Origin: an uncultured bacterium
GTDB lineage: Bacteria > Armatimonadota > Hebobacteria > CAIYQO01
Direction of reading: 5' to 3'
Assembly: GCA_964590255.1 (NCBI GenBank)
Contig: CAZPYA010000015.1
Span: forward strand, 2,085 to 66,084
Length of the DNA stretch: 64,000 bases
Made by a program: the position numbers and the translations under genes. Each line of letters starts with the position of its first letter. The first letter of the stretch is position 1. The notes beneath the pieces are model-generated. The model was not told the DNA's origin. It saw only the letters and a list, made by a program, of their open reading frames with translations, and ran no database searches. Below, piece after piece: positions 1-10,554 of the stretch.

Positions 1-2610
1 GCCGCGACGGGCCGTGCGCGTGGCGAGGTTGCGATGATCCGCGCGGACGGCACGCGCATGCCGGTAGACGTTTCATCGGCGTTGTTCACCAGTGCCGACG
101 GCCGCGTATTGAGTAGCATGTTTCTCCGCGACATGACCACGCAGCGGGCCGCCGAAGCCACCCTGCGCGAAAGCGAGGCGCGCTTCCGGGTGCTCATCGA
201 CTCCATGGAGAACATCGCCGTGCAAGGCTACCACGCCGACGGCACGGTGTGCTACTGGAACCGCGCCAACGAAGCCGTGTATGGTTACACCGCAGAGGAG
301 GCGATCGGTCGGAACTTGCTGGAGCTGATCATCCCGCTGGAGATGCGCGACCTGGTGGGGGCGGCGATTCGCGACGGCGCGGAGACCGGCGAAATGCCGC
401 CGGCCGCCGAAATGGAACTGATGCGCAAAGACGGATCGCGGGTGCCGGTTTTCTCCAGCCATGCCGTGGTGCGCATCCCCGGGCGCGAACCGGAGATATT
501 TTGCCTGGACGTCGACATCACCGAGCGCAAGGCAGCGGAAGCGGCGCTGCGCGAAAGCGAGGCGCGCTACCGGCAGGTGGTGGAAGAGACGACGGCCATC
601 GTGCTGCGCATCAATCTCGCCGGCAAGATCGTCTTCGCCAACGAGCGCGCGCTGCGCTTTTTCGGCTACGCCGCCGAGGAGTTGCTCGGCCGGCCGGCCA
701 CCGGCACCATCGTGCCGCCGCGAGACTCCAGCGGGCGCGACCTGGCAGCCATGATGGCCGGCATCAGCGAAGACCCCGACCAGTACCACGACAACACCAA
801 TGAAAACATGCGCAAGAACGGCGAACGCGTGTGGATGGAATGGACGAACTCGGGCATTTATGACTGCGAGGGGCATCTGACGGAATTCCTGTCCGTCGGC
901 ATTGACGCTACCGCGCGCCGGCAGGCGGAGATCGAGCGCGAGGCGATGCTGGCGGTGCTGCACCTGCTGAATACCCCGGACGACTTGCCACGATTAATCG
1001 CCAATCTCTGCGACTTCTTCCAGCAGTGGTCCGGCTGCGAGGCGGCCGGCATCCGCCTGCGCGACGGCGACGATTACCCGTATTTCGAGACCCGCGGCTT
1101 TCCGCGCGCCTTCGTGCATGCCGAGAAATCGCTATGCGGGCGCCTGCCGGACGGCAGCCTGGCGCGCGACGCGCACGGCCAGGTGCTGCTGGAGTGCATG
1201 TGCGGCAATATCCTCAGCGGGCGCACCGACCCGGCGCTGCCCTTCTTCACCGACTTCGGCAGCTTCTGGACGAACTCGACCACTACGCTGCTGGCCGGCA
1301 CCACCGAAGCCGAGCGACAGACGGGAACGCGCAACCGCTGCCATGCCGCCGGGTACGAATCGGTGGCGCTCATCCCGCTGCGGCTGGGGATGGAAACCTT
1401 TGGTCTGCTGCAGTTGAATGACACCCGGCGAGATCACTTCACCCCGGAGCGCATCGCGCTGGCCGAATGGCTGTGCCAGCATATCGCCATCGCGCTGGCC
1501 CAGCGCCAGGCCCAGCAGCAGTTGGAGCGGGAACGCGCCTTCCTGGAGGCGGCCATCGATACGCTGCCGTTGCCGGTGGCCTTTCTCGATATCGACTGTG
1601 CTGCAACCCGTGTCAATGCCGCCGCCCGCGATTGGTTCCGCGAGGTGGGTCTTTCCTCAATGCGCGACGGTGAGCTACTGCTTCCGCGCAGCTATCAGCC
1701 GATTGATCTGCTCCGCTGGCCGGCCCCACGCGCCCTGGGCGGTGAGGTCATTCGCGCGGAGGAATACCTGCTGCGCGTCCCCGCCACCGGCTGTGAGATA
1801 CCCTGCCTTTTGTACGCGGCGCCGATCTATCTGGATGACGACGTGGTCGCCGCGGTCTCGATTATCGAGGACATCACCGTATTGAAGGAAGCCGACCAGG
1901 CGAAGGATGAGTTCCTCGCGGTGCTGTCGCACGAACTGCAGACACCGCTGACGAACATGCTGGGCTGGTCGGTGGAAGGCCTGCGTTCCGATGATCCCGC
2001 CTTCCCGCGGCACGCCCTGGAGGTGGTGCACCGCAACGCCGTGCGCCAGCGACGGCTGGTGGACGAGATGCTGGACATGTCCCGGCTGATCCACCGGAAG
2101 ATTCAGTTGGAAGTCGAGCGGTTGGACGTGCGCGCGCAGGCCGAGTTGGCGGTAGAGAACGCCTTGCCCACCGCGACGGACCGCGGCCTGACGTTGCACA
2201 TGGATATCGGCGACGACCCACTGCCGGTGCTCGGCGACCCGCATCGGCTGCAGCAGTGCATCGGCAACCTGGTGCATAACGCGCTGAAGTTCACCCCGGC
2301 CGGCGGCACGGTAACCGTCGCGTGCCGCCGCGCGGCGAACCAGGCGGTGCTGACCGTCACCGATACCGGGCGCGGCATCGCGCCGGACGCGCTGCCCACC
2401 CTCTTCCAGGTGTTCCACCAGGTGAACCGCGACGAGCGCGCCGGTGGACTGGGGCTGGGCCTGGCCGTCACGCGCGGCATCATCGAACTGCATGGCGGCG
2501 CCATCACCGCCGACAGCGCGGGCGAGAACCGCGGCTGTACCTTCACGATCATCCTGCCGCTGGCGCCCATCGGCGCCGGCGACGCCACGCCAGAAAGGAG
2601 TCCGGCATGA
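1..2610 (+). CDS. Multi-PAS/GAF sensor histidine kinase (5' end outside window)
   Basis: Frame open from base 1; repeated PAS/PAC blocks (DITERKAAE), GAF-like segment, H-box LSHELQTPL, N-box NLVHNALKF, G-boxes DTGRGI and GGLGLGL. Confidence 0.92.
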   Translation, partial: AATGRARGEVAMIRADGTRMPVDVSSALFTSADGRVLSSMFLRDMTTQRAAEATLRESEARFRVLIDSMENIAVQGYHADGTVCYWNRANEAVYGYTAEEAIGRNLLELIIPLEMRDLVGAAIRDGAETGEMPPAAEMELMRKDGSRVPVFSSHAVVRIPGREPEIFCLDVDITERKAAEAALRESEARYRQVVEETTAIVLRINLAGKIVFANERALRFFGYAAEELLGRPATGTIVPPRDSSGRDLAAMMAGISEDPDQYHDNTNENMRKNGERVWMEWTNSGIYDCEGHLTEFLSVGIDATARRQAEIEREAMLAVLHLLNTPDDLPRLIANLCDFFQQWSGCEAAGIRLRDGDDYPYFETRGFPRAFVHAEKSLCGRLPDGSLARDAHGQVLLECMCGNILSGRTDPALPFFTDFGSFWTNSTTTLLAGTTEAERQTGTRNRCHAAGYESVALIPLRLGMETFGLLQLNDTRRDHFTPERIALAEWLCQHIAIALAQRQAQQQLERERAFLEAAIDTLPLPVAFLDIDCAATRVNAAARDWFREVGLSSMRDGELLLPRSYQPIDLLRWPAPRALGGEVIRAEEYLLRVPATGCEIPCLLYAAPIYLDDDVVAAVSIIEDITVLKEADQAKDEFLAVLSHELQTPLTNMLGWSVEGLRSDDPAFPRHALEVVHRNAVRQRRLVDEMLDMSRLIHRKIQLEVERLDVRAQAELAVENALPTATDRGLTLHMDIGDDPLPVLGDPHRLQQCIGNLVHNALKFTPAGGTVTVACRRAANQAVLTVTDTGRGIAPDALPTLFQVFHQVNRDERAGGLGLGLAVTRGIIELHGGAITADSAGENRGCTFTIILPLAPIGAGDATPERSPA

Positions 2611-2996
2611 CACAGACCATCGCGCTGATCGAAGATGACGCTGATATCCGCGAACTGACCGACATGATGCTGGGGGCGGCCGGTTACACCGTGCTGACGG
2701 CCGCCAGCGGCGAGGAGGGGATGGCGCTGCTCGCGGAGCAGCCCGCCGACCTGCTCATCCTCGACATTATGCTGCCCGGCATCAACGGCTGGGAGGTGTG
2801 CCGCCGCCTGCGCGAGGACCCGCGCACCGCCGCGCTGCCCATCCTCATCTTCACCGTGCGCAGCGAGCGCCTGGACGCGCACCGGACCGAGTGGACGCTG
2901 GCCAACGCGGTGCTCAGCAAGCCGTTCCTGCGCGAGGAACTGCTGCACCGCGTCGCCGTGCTGCTCGATGCCGGAAAGGTGCCAGCGACGACATAG
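2607..2996 (+). CDS. Single-domain response regulator (REC)
   Basis: ATGA overlap with kinase stop, SD AGGAG; IEDD, LILDIMLP, KPF motifs. Confidence 0.92.
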   Translation: MTQTIALIEDDADIRELTDMMLGAAGYTVLTAASGEEGMALLAEQPADLLILDIMLPGINGWEVCRRLREDPRTAALPILIFTVRSERLDAHRTEWTLANAVLSKPFLREELLHRVAVLLDAGKVPATT

Positions 2997-3033
2997 CGAA
3001 TAGTACCGCCATCTACTGATATGGGAGAATGTC

Positions 3034-4104
3034 ATGCGGGGATGGCTGGTGCTGGGCGTGCTGCTGTGTGGGATGTTGGCGTGGGCACAGGGCGTGCTGC
3101 CGGTGCGTAATGGCCTGGTCGAGATCATTGTGCCCGACTGGGAGGGCCGAAGCGACCGCCCGGCGCAGACGCTGCGCCTGCACCTGTACTACCCGAAAGG
3201 CGCGCTGGCGCAGGTGACGGCGGAGACCGGCCTGATGCTGGACCTGCACAACTGGGGCGGCGTTACCTTCGACGGCGCGCCGAACCCCGACGTGCTGGCC
3301 AATGCCTACAACGTCATCGCCATTGGCGTGGAGTATTTCCAAAGCGGCGATAAAGACCAGCCGACTGATCCCCCCTACGACTTCGGCTGCCGGCAGGCCA
3401 TCGACGCGCTGCGCGGGCTGCAGTTCATCGCCCAGGCGCTGCGCGCCGAAAGGCGTCCCTTTGACGCCACGCGCATCTACGGTTGCGGCGGCTCGGGCGG
3501 CGGCAACGTCATCCAGATGGCCAACAAGCTGGCGCCGCGCGCCTTCGCCTGCATCGTCGACCTGTCCGGCATGGCCAGCCTCACCGACGACATGGCCTAT
3601 CGCGAGCCGGGCGGCAGCGCGCTGAAGGCCCGCTACAGCCGCGACCCCGCCAGCCCCGCCTACCTGTCAAAGGGCATGCAGGAGATCCGCGATCTCGGCC
3701 ATCCGGCGCACCTGGCGCTGCAGGTCGCGGCGAAGGCCGCCTGCGCCATCGTGGTGATTCACGGACTGGAGGACGGCTACTGCCTGGCCGCCGACAAGCG
3801 CCGAGTGACCGACGCCATGACCGCCGCCGGCCTGGCCGTCGATGCCCACTTCCTCGGCAAGACGGAAGTGGACGGCAAGATCGTGCTCAACCCCGGTCAC
3901 TCGCTGGGCAACCGCACCACGCTGCTGCAGCACTTCGCCGGCAGCTATCTCGCCCCCGGCAGCCCGACCATGCGCCGGTTGGCCCAGCCCCTCGCCTTCA
4001 CGGATGCCCGCGCCATGCGCTTCCCGGTCAGCGACGGCGTCTATGCGGTGACCTATCCCGGCGGGTTGCCGTGCCTGGGCTTCACGCCGGCAGTAGCGCG
4101 GTAA
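3034..4104 (+). CDS. Secreted alpha/beta-hydrolase-fold protein (DUF2920-like)
   Basis: Signal peptide; nucleophile elbow GGSGGG; VIHGLED and late His. Confidence 0.7.
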   Translation: MRGWLVLGVLLCGMLAWAQGVLPVRNGLVEIIVPDWEGRSDRPAQTLRLHLYYPKGALAQVTAETGLMLDLHNWGGVTFDGAPNPDVLANAYNVIAIGVEYFQSGDKDQPTDPPYDFGCRQAIDALRGLQFIAQALRAERRPFDATRIYGCGGSGGGNVIQMANKLAPRAFACIVDLSGMASLTDDMAYREPGGSALKARYSRDPASPAYLSKGMQEIRDLGHPAHLALQVAAKAACAIVVIHGLEDGYCLAADKRRVTDAMTAAGLAVDAHFLGKTEVDGKIVLNPGHSLGNRTTLLQHFAGSYLAPGSPTMRRLAQPLAFTDARAMRFPVSDGVYAVTYPGGLPCLGFTPAVAR

Positions 4105-4211
4105 TATCGCACGCATTTTTTCACCTCCCGGAAGGAACGGCACGCCTCCTTCGCGAAATAACGTTTAAACGGCGCCGCGTCCTCTATATTTTGCGGCGCA
4201 CGGGAGGCAGC

Positions 4212-6152
4212 ATGGGTAGTTCGACATCGGCATCGGGGGTTGACTGGAGCGCGGCGGCGCGAGAGCGGTTGAATGGGCGGGGGCTCTGCGTGGGCGGTTT
4301 CGCCATGGCGCACACCACGCGTTTCGACGCTGACGCATTCGAGCGCTACGTCGCCACCGCGGTGGAGTTTGGCGCCACGCACATCAACGTCGGCTGGGTG
4401 CCGTTCCACTACGGCAGTTGGTACCTGCCCGATAACAGTGATCCGTATGCGTCGTGGAGCGTGCACAGCATGGGCATCCTCCGCTTCTGCCCGCCGAAGG
4501 CGCTGCAGCAGTGGGTCACCCCGGAATCCGCCCGCCCGCTGCAGGACTGGCTGGACGCGCAGATGGCCATATTGCGCAAGTTCGGGCTGAAAGGCCAGGT
4601 GGCCGGCTGCGAGCCGCAGTGGCTGCCGGAAGAGGTGTATCGCGCGCACCCGCACTGGCGCGGCGCGCAGTGCGAGCTGGGCCGCATCGCCCGCAAGCCC
4701 TATTTCGCCCCGTCCATCGACGAGCCGGAAGTGCTCGATCTCTACCGCGAATCGATGGCGGAGATCGCCCGGCGCTACCCCGAGTTGGACAGCTTCTCCT
4801 TCCTCGGCAACGACTCCGGCGCGGGCATTGCCTGGTCGCCGTGCCTGTACCCCGGCATGAACGGCCCCACCCAGTGGCGCATGCGCGACCCCGGCGCGCG
4901 CATCGCCGGCTGGCTGTCCGTGCTGCAGGAAGGCGCCGCCTCGGAAGGGGTGGAGATCGCCGTCAACACCATGTCCAGCGGCCTGCCCGCCGGCACGGTG
5001 GCCGCGGCCCGCGCGCTGTGCACGAAAGGCCAGTATGTCAACAGCGGCAACAACCTGAATGAAGGCCGCTGGGGCCCCGGCGCCCACCTGGGCGGCGGGC
5101 TGTGGACGCCCTATTACCCGGTGGTGGGCCTGGGCCAGCCGGTCGAGTTCGTGGCCGGGCTGCAGTCGGTGTATCACAACCCCGACGGTGACACCGCCGT
5201 CTCGTCGCTCGGCTTCGACGAGTACCACCTGCCGTTGGCGCGGTTGCTCATCGAATCGTACCTGGAGAACCCCGGCCAGGGCTTGCTGAACCGCGACGCC
5301 GTGCTGCTGGCAGCGGCGGAGAAGCTCACCGGCTCGGCGAACGGCGCCGAAAAGCTCGTTGGCGTGTGGAACGACCTCAGCCACGCCCACCAGGCGATGT
5401 GTACCGTGCCGCAGAAAGGCATGAGCATCACCATGCCGTGGCTGACCGTCAGCGCGCGCTGGATCATGCGTCCGCTGGTGCCCGAGCCGACGAAGCTCAC
5501 CGCGGAGGAAGAGGCGCACTACAAGCCGCACCTTTTCAGCGTGAACACCGACGAGGAGAACGCCAACTACGGCATGCTGCTGGGCAAACCGCTCTTCAGC
5601 GGCTCCTGCGCGGTGTGGATGGCCCGCTGGAACCTGGTGGACGCCATCAACCGCATCACCAGTTGCCGAGGGCGCGTGCAATCCCTTGCCGACGCCTGCC
5701 CCGACGCCGCGCACGCCGATGACCTGCGCCTCTTCGCCGCGCGCCTGGGCGCTTACGCCTGCCTCGCCGAGACGATGCGCAACACCATCATGTTCCAGTA
5801 CGCCGTCGACACCGCCGACCAGCCGCAATACGGCCCGAATATGATGGACTACGACGACAACATGATCTGCGACATGCGCGTGCTGGCCTTCCGCAAGATC
5901 GCCCGCGAGGAAGTGGACAACGTCGCCGACCTGCTGAGTATCCTCCGGTCGCATCCTGGCCCCATCCTCCACCAGGCGCAAACCGCTGCGGAAGAGTCCG
6001 TCTTCACCCTCGGTCCCGACCTGCTGGCCCAGGTGCAGCGCAAGCTGGACATCATGATGGACCACTGGCACGACTACGAGGCGCTCTACCCCACCACGAA
6101 GGTGTGGGACTTCGAGCCGCCCGCGCGGGGGAATATCACCGACGTGTTCTGA
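4212..6152 (+). CDS. Hypothetical protein, possibly TIM-barrel/glycoside-hydrolase-like
   Basis: GGAGG SD before ATG 4212; host-like codon usage; no motif recognised with certainty. Confidence 0.65.
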   Translation: MGSSTSASGVDWSAAARERLNGRGLCVGGFAMAHTTRFDADAFERYVATAVEFGATHINVGWVPFHYGSWYLPDNSDPYASWSVHSMGILRFCPPKALQQWVTPESARPLQDWLDAQMAILRKFGLKGQVAGCEPQWLPEEVYRAHPHWRGAQCELGRIARKPYFAPSIDEPEVLDLYRESMAEIARRYPELDSFSFLGNDSGAGIAWSPCLYPGMNGPTQWRMRDPGARIAGWLSVLQEGAASEGVEIAVNTMSSGLPAGTVAAARALCTKGQYVNSGNNLNEGRWGPGAHLGGGLWTPYYPVVGLGQPVEFVAGLQSVYHNPDGDTAVSSLGFDEYHLPLARLLIESYLENPGQGLLNRDAVLLAAAEKLTGSANGAEKLVGVWNDLSHAHQAMCTVPQKGMSITMPWLTVSARWIMRPLVPEPTKLTAEEEAHYKPHLFSVNTDEENANYGMLLGKPLFSGSCAVWMARWNLVDAINRITSCRGRVQSLADACPDAAHADDLRLFAARLGAYACLAETMRNTIMFQYAVDTADQPQYGPNMMDYDDNMICDMRVLAFRKIAREEVDNVADLLSILRSHPGPILHQAQTAAEESVFTLGPDLLAQVQRKLDIMMDHWHDYEALYPTTKVWDFEPPARGNITDVF

Positions 6153-6232
6153 CGTCGCTGGAGGGCGAGACTCTGTCGAGCCGCGCGCACGTGCAGACGC
6201 TGGTGCGCAAACGGTCCCGGCGCCTTCGCTCG

Positions 6233-6354
6233 GCCCTCACCCCCGGCCCCTCTCCCAAGCTTGGGCGAGGGGAGCTATCTGTTAAATAAGGGCGTTATCG
6301 TCAACAGTCTCACTCCCCTCTCCCAGAATTGGGAGAGGGGTCGGGGGTGAGGGC
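6233..6354. repeat. Inverted pair of REP-like palindromes (GCCCTCACCCCnGnCCCCTCTCCC..GGGAGAGGGG family)
   Basis: Two ~42-bp copies in inverted orientation (6233-6274, 6313-6354); related copies at 8716, 50028, 55561. Confidence 0.8.
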
Positions 6355-6410
6355 TGCGCGAAGGCGCTGGGACCGACAATCTACAATACCGCTGAACGTG
6401 TCCCCTCCAG

Positions 6411-6439
6411 GCAGGAACCCCCACCCCCGCCGTCGAATA
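6411..6439 (+). promoter_or_regulatory. SigmaH-like promoter (AGGA-N18-GAAT)
   Basis: GCAGGAACC...CGAATA just upstream of kdsD; same motif recurs before several other genes. Confidence 0.55.
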
Positions 6440-6449
6440 CTACACCATT

Positions 6450-7436
6450 ATGACCCCACAGACTTTACAGCGCGACGCGGTTGTCGACTTCGCGCGCGAG
6501 ACGTTGCGGCAGGAAGCGCAGGCGCTGGTCGCCATGGCGGAGCGGTTGGGCGAGGAGTTCGGCCAGGCGGTGGACCTCATTCTCGGCTGCACCGGCCGGG
6601 TGGTGACCACCGGCATGGGCAAGTCCGGCGCGGTGGCGCGCAAGATCGCCGGCACGCTGGCCAGCACCGGCACACCGTCGCTGTTCCTCCACCCCGCCGA
6701 GAGCGTGCACGGCGACCTGGGCATGGTGGCGATGGGCGATATCCTGCTGGCGCTCTCCAACAGCGGCGACACCGAGGAACTGAACGCCATCCTCCCCGCC
6801 ATCGCCCGCATCGAGGTGCCCATCATCGCCCTCACCGGCCGCGCCGATTCCGCGCTGGGCCGCGCCGCCACGGTGGTGCTGGACACCGCCGTGGAGCGCG
6901 AAATCTGCCCCTTCAACCTGGCCCCCACCAGCAGCACGACCGCGCAGATCGCCATGGGCGACGCGCTGGCCATCGCCGTCATGCGCTGCCGGCGCTTCAC
7001 CTCGGTCGACTACGCCCGCCTGCATCCGCGCGGCGCGCTGGGCCGCCGCCTGCTGCTTACCGTGGGCGACGTGATGCGCACCGGCGAGAACCTGGCCGCC
7101 GTCACGCCTGCCACGCTGCTGAAAGACGTCCTCTTCGCCATCACCCGCGCCCACGCCGGCGCCGCCGCGGTGGTGGATGACGCCGGCGTCATGCTCGGCC
7201 TCATCTGCGACGGCGACATCCGCCGCACGCTGCTGGAGGACGAGGACGCCCTGCACAAACCCTGCGGCGCGCATATGAATACGGCACCGCGCACCATCGC
7301 CGCCGACCACCTGGCCGCCGAAACGCTGCAAACGATGCAGGCCCGCCAGATCAGCGAAATGCCCGTCCTCGACGCCACCGGCCGCATCATCGGCATGCTC
7401 AACCTGAAAGACCTGCTCGCCGCGGGGATCGTGTAA
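6450..7436 (+). CDS. kdsD: KpsF/GutQ family arabinose-5-phosphate isomerase (SIS + 2 CBS)
   Basis: GMGKSG, HGDLG, NLAPTSSTTA, HPRGALG motifs; C-terminal CBS pair. Confidence 0.9.
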   Translation: MTPQTLQRDAVVDFARETLRQEAQALVAMAERLGEEFGQAVDLILGCTGRVVTTGMGKSGAVARKIAGTLASTGTPSLFLHPAESVHGDLGMVAMGDILLALSNSGDTEELNAILPAIARIEVPIIALTGRADSALGRAATVVLDTAVEREICPFNLAPTSSTTAQIAMGDALAIAVMRCRRFTSVDYARLHPRGALGRRLLLTVGDVMRTGENLAAVTPATLLKDVLFAITRAHAGAAAVVDDAGVMLGLICDGDIRRTLLEDEDALHKPCGAHMNTAPRTIAADHLAAETLQTMQARQISEMPVLDATGRIIGMLNLKDLLAAGIV

Positions 7437-8635
7437 TGACCTACGACGACGTGATGGCCACCCTCGGCATTGCCGCGCCGCCCGCCGCCTGGCGCGAAGC
7501 GTGGGACGACGCCCAGGCCACCTTCCCCGCCGAGGGCCTGGCGTACCTGACCGACGACTTCCTCACAGAGCTGGCGGCCACCTGCGACTTCCCCGCGGAC
7601 ATCCTGCCGCCGCTGCGCGAGACGCTGGCGCAAGTGCGCGGCAGCGAACCCCTGCAGCGGCTGGCGTGGCTGTGGCGCGAGCTGGTCGTCACCCGCGGAG
7701 TGACAGACGGCGCCCGCGGTTGGCCCGATCCCGCCGGCTTTCCGCTCTTTTCCGCCGTTGTAGTGCTGATGTGCATTCCGCCGCTGCTGCGGGCGTATGC
7801 CGAATGCGACATCCCCCTGGCCATCGCCCGCGACACGCTGCGCGATCTGCCCATCTGGATGCGCAACTGGCGCCGGCGCTTCGGCGCGTGGGGCTTCGAC
7901 CGGCTGGGGTGGATGGCCTGGCACCTCACCGGGCGGCTGTACCGGGTGGGGCGCATGCAGTATATCTACAAATCGTTCACCTGGCCGGTGCGCGCCTACC
8001 GCCACCGCGCCACCGGCGAGGTGGTGGCGCTCTTCGAGAGCGGTCAGCGCTGCCGCCGCGACGGGTATATCGATGGCACGAACGGCGTGGCCGATCCCGA
8101 TGCCTGGGTGACGCAGTTGGAGGAGGGCGCGCAGACCGTGTGCGGCACGCCCGTCACCCGCGACGGCCGCGCCCTACCCGAGCCCGTGATGCTGCCGCTG
8201 GCAGAGTGGCACTGCGTGCTGAAACCCGGCGACCCGGTGCTGGACATGCACATCCCCGCCGACGGGAAGATGGATTACCACGCCTGCGGCGCCTCGGTGC
8301 AGGCGTCGGCCGCGTTCTTTACGCGGTACTTTCCGGAAAACCCCACCCCCGTCGCCTTCATCTGCTACTCCTGGCTGCTCGACTATCGCTACAGCGACCT
8401 GCTCCCCGCCGAGTCGAACATCGTGCGCTGGCAACGCGAGTTCCACGCCTTCCCGGTGCTGTCCGACGATCTCGACCCCTTCTTCCGCGTCTTCGACGGC
8501 AAGCCCGACGACCTGACCACCGCCCCGCGCGACACCGCCCTCCGCCGCGCCATGCTGGACACCACCCTCGCCGGCCGTCCGGTGAAAATGGCCGGCGGCT
8601 TTATCCTCATCGATGCGATGACGTGGGGGGTATGA
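7436..8635 (+). CDS. GNAT-like acyltransferase-domain protein (DUF5596-like)
   Basis: LYRVGRMQY, LDMHIP, CYSWLLD, SNIVRWQ motifs; TAATG coupling to kdsD. Confidence 0.7.
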   Translation: MTYDDVMATLGIAAPPAAWREAWDDAQATFPAEGLAYLTDDFLTELAATCDFPADILPPLRETLAQVRGSEPLQRLAWLWRELVVTRGVTDGARGWPDPAGFPLFSAVVVLMCIPPLLRAYAECDIPLAIARDTLRDLPIWMRNWRRRFGAWGFDRLGWMAWHLTGRLYRVGRMQYIYKSFTWPVRAYRHRATGEVVALFESGQRCRRDGYIDGTNGVADPDAWVTQLEEGAQTVCGTPVTRDGRALPEPVMLPLAEWHCVLKPGDPVLDMHIPADGKMDYHACGASVQASAAFFTRYFPENPTPVAFICYSWLLDYRYSDLLPAESNIVRWQREFHAFPVLSDDLDPFFRVFDGKPDDLTTAPRDTALRRAMLDTTLAGRPVKMAGGFILIDAMTWGV

Positions 8636-8715
8636 CCAATAGATTGTAACGCGTGCTCGCCGTAGCACACGGGATTGCCGACGCTGCGACTACAGCACCG
8701 CAATGAATATGACAT

Positions 8716-8757
8716 TCCCCTCTCCCAGCATTGGGAGAGGGGTCAGGGGGTGAGGGC
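8716..8757. repeat. REP-like palindrome (same family as 6233-6354)
   Basis: TCCCCTCTCCCAGCATTGGGAGAGGGGTCAGGGGGTGAGGGC. Confidence 0.75.
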
Positions 8758-8948
8758 GCGCGCGGGAGCGCGCAACGACCGCCGGCATACTGATCGACAA
8801 CTATTAGAACTGCGGATGCGCATTCACCCCTATCTCCTCACCCCTGTCCCCTTACCTACTTGGCACAAATCCCCCGCACGCGGTACAATTCACCCATCTT
8901 CACGGCCTGCCTTTAGGCGGGCCGTTGTGTGTGACGAAGGAGCAGGCG

Positions 8949-10340
8949 ATGGCGTATGAATACGATGTGGCGATTCTGGGCGGTGGTCCCGGCGGGTATG
9001 TGGCGGCGATCAAGGCGGCGCAGCATGGGCTGAAGACGGCGCTGGTGGAGAAGGGCTTCCTCGGTGGCACCTGTCTCAATGTAGGCTGCATCCCCACCAA
9101 GGCGCTGCTTGCCTCCGCCGAGGTATACCGCGGCGCGAAGGGCGCGCGCGAATTCGGCATCGGCGTGGAGAACGTCTCCTTCGACTTCAGCAAGATCATG
9201 AGCCGCAAGGAGCGCATCGTGAAGCAGCTCCGCAGCGGCGTGGAATACCTGATGAAGAAGAACGCGATCACCGTCTTCATCGGCGCGGGGTCGCTCACCG
9301 GCACGAACAGCCTGGGTATTGCCGGCGACGAGGCACGCGAGATCACTGCCAGTAACATCGTCCTCGCCAGCGGCTCCACGCCGTCGCGCCCGCCCATACC
9401 GGGCATGGACGGCGCCAACGTGGTCACCAGCGACGAGATCCTCTTCTGGCCGGAGGTGCCGGCCACGCTGGCGGTTATCGGCGGCGGGGCTATCGGGCTG
9501 GAATTCGCCTACTTCTTCAACGTGCTGGGCAGCAAGGTGACGGTGGTGGAAGCGCTGCCGCATATCCTGCCCGCCGAGGATGACCAGGTGGCGGCCGAGT
9601 TGACCACTGCGCTGAAGCGCCAGGGTATCGCCGTGCAAGCCGGTGCGAAAGTGTTGGAGATCGGCGACGCCGACGGGAAGAAATACGTCAGCTATCAGCC
9701 TGCCGGCGCCGACGAGTCGCAACGTGTCGCCGCCGACGTGGTGCTGGTGGCCACCGGCCGCTGGCCCTTCACTCAGGGATGCGGGTATGAAGCGCAGGGC
9801 ATTACCATCGAGCGCCGCGCGGTGGTGGTGGACGAATACCTGCACACCGGCATCGGCAACATCTACGCCATCGGCGACGTCATCGGCGGCATGCTGCTGG
9901 CGCACAAGTCCTCCGCGGAAGCGGGCGTGGCGGTGGACAACATCACCGGCCATCGCCGCGCCATGCGCTACCACGCCATCCCCACCGCGCTCTACACTAC
10001 CCCGGAAGTGGCCAGCGTGGGCATGACCGAGGCGGCGGCGCAGGCACAAGGTCTTGATGTCAGAACCGGCAGCTTCCCCTTCCGCCCGCTGGGCAAGGCG
10101 CTGGCTATCGGCGAGCGCGAGGGCTTCGTCAAGGCCATCTACCGGACGGACACCGGCGCCATGGTCGGCGTGCAGGCCATCGGCCCCCACGTCACCGACC
10201 TCATCGCCGGCGCCGCCATGGCTGTCCAACATGGCCTCACCGCCGAGCAATACGCCCACACCATCCACCCGCACCCGACGCTGTCCGAATGCTTCCACGA
10301 AGCCATCGAAGTGGCGCTGGGGCATCCCGTGCATATGTAA
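8949..10340 (+). CDS. lpdA: Dihydrolipoyl dehydrogenase
   Basis: GGGPGGY, GGTCLNVGCIPTK redox disulfide, HPHPTLSE. Confidence 0.95.
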   Translation: MAYEYDVAILGGGPGGYVAAIKAAQHGLKTALVEKGFLGGTCLNVGCIPTKALLASAEVYRGAKGAREFGIGVENVSFDFSKIMSRKERIVKQLRSGVEYLMKKNAITVFIGAGSLTGTNSLGIAGDEAREITASNIVLASGSTPSRPPIPGMDGANVVTSDEILFWPEVPATLAVIGGGAIGLEFAYFFNVLGSKVTVVEALPHILPAEDDQVAAELTTALKRQGIAVQAGAKVLEIGDADGKKYVSYQPAGADESQRVAADVVLVATGRWPFTQGCGYEAQGITIERRAVVVDEYLHTGIGNIYAIGDVIGGMLLAHKSSAEAGVAVDNITGHRRAMRYHAIPTALYTTPEVASVGMTEAAAQAQGLDVRTGSFPFRPLGKALAIGEREGFVKAIYRTDTGAMVGVQAIGPHVTDLIAGAAMAVQHGLTAEQYAHTIHPHPTLSECFHEAIEVALGHPVHM

Positions 10341-10373
10341 GGGATAGAGGACAGGGAACTGGGAACCGGGATG

Positions 10374-10553
10374 AGGGCCGAAGGCCCGGCAGATGCTAGC
10401 CACGGGTGCCAACCCGTGGAAATCGGAATTGCATATTACAAAGCCCCGAAGGGGCGATAGAATGGTCTGTCGCCCCTTCGGGGCTTTAATTACCTTGACT
10501 CGGTTCTCCACGGGTTGGCACCCATGGCTAGCATCACATGCCCCTCTGGGGCA
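10374..10553. repeat. REPIN-like nested inverted-repeat element, copy 1
   Basis: Outer arms 10392-10420 and 10507-10535 (1 mismatch); central hairpin AAGCCCCGAAGGGGCGA...TCGCCCCTTCGGGGCTT; terminal mini-hairpins. Confidence 0.85.
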
Positions 10554-10554
10554 T

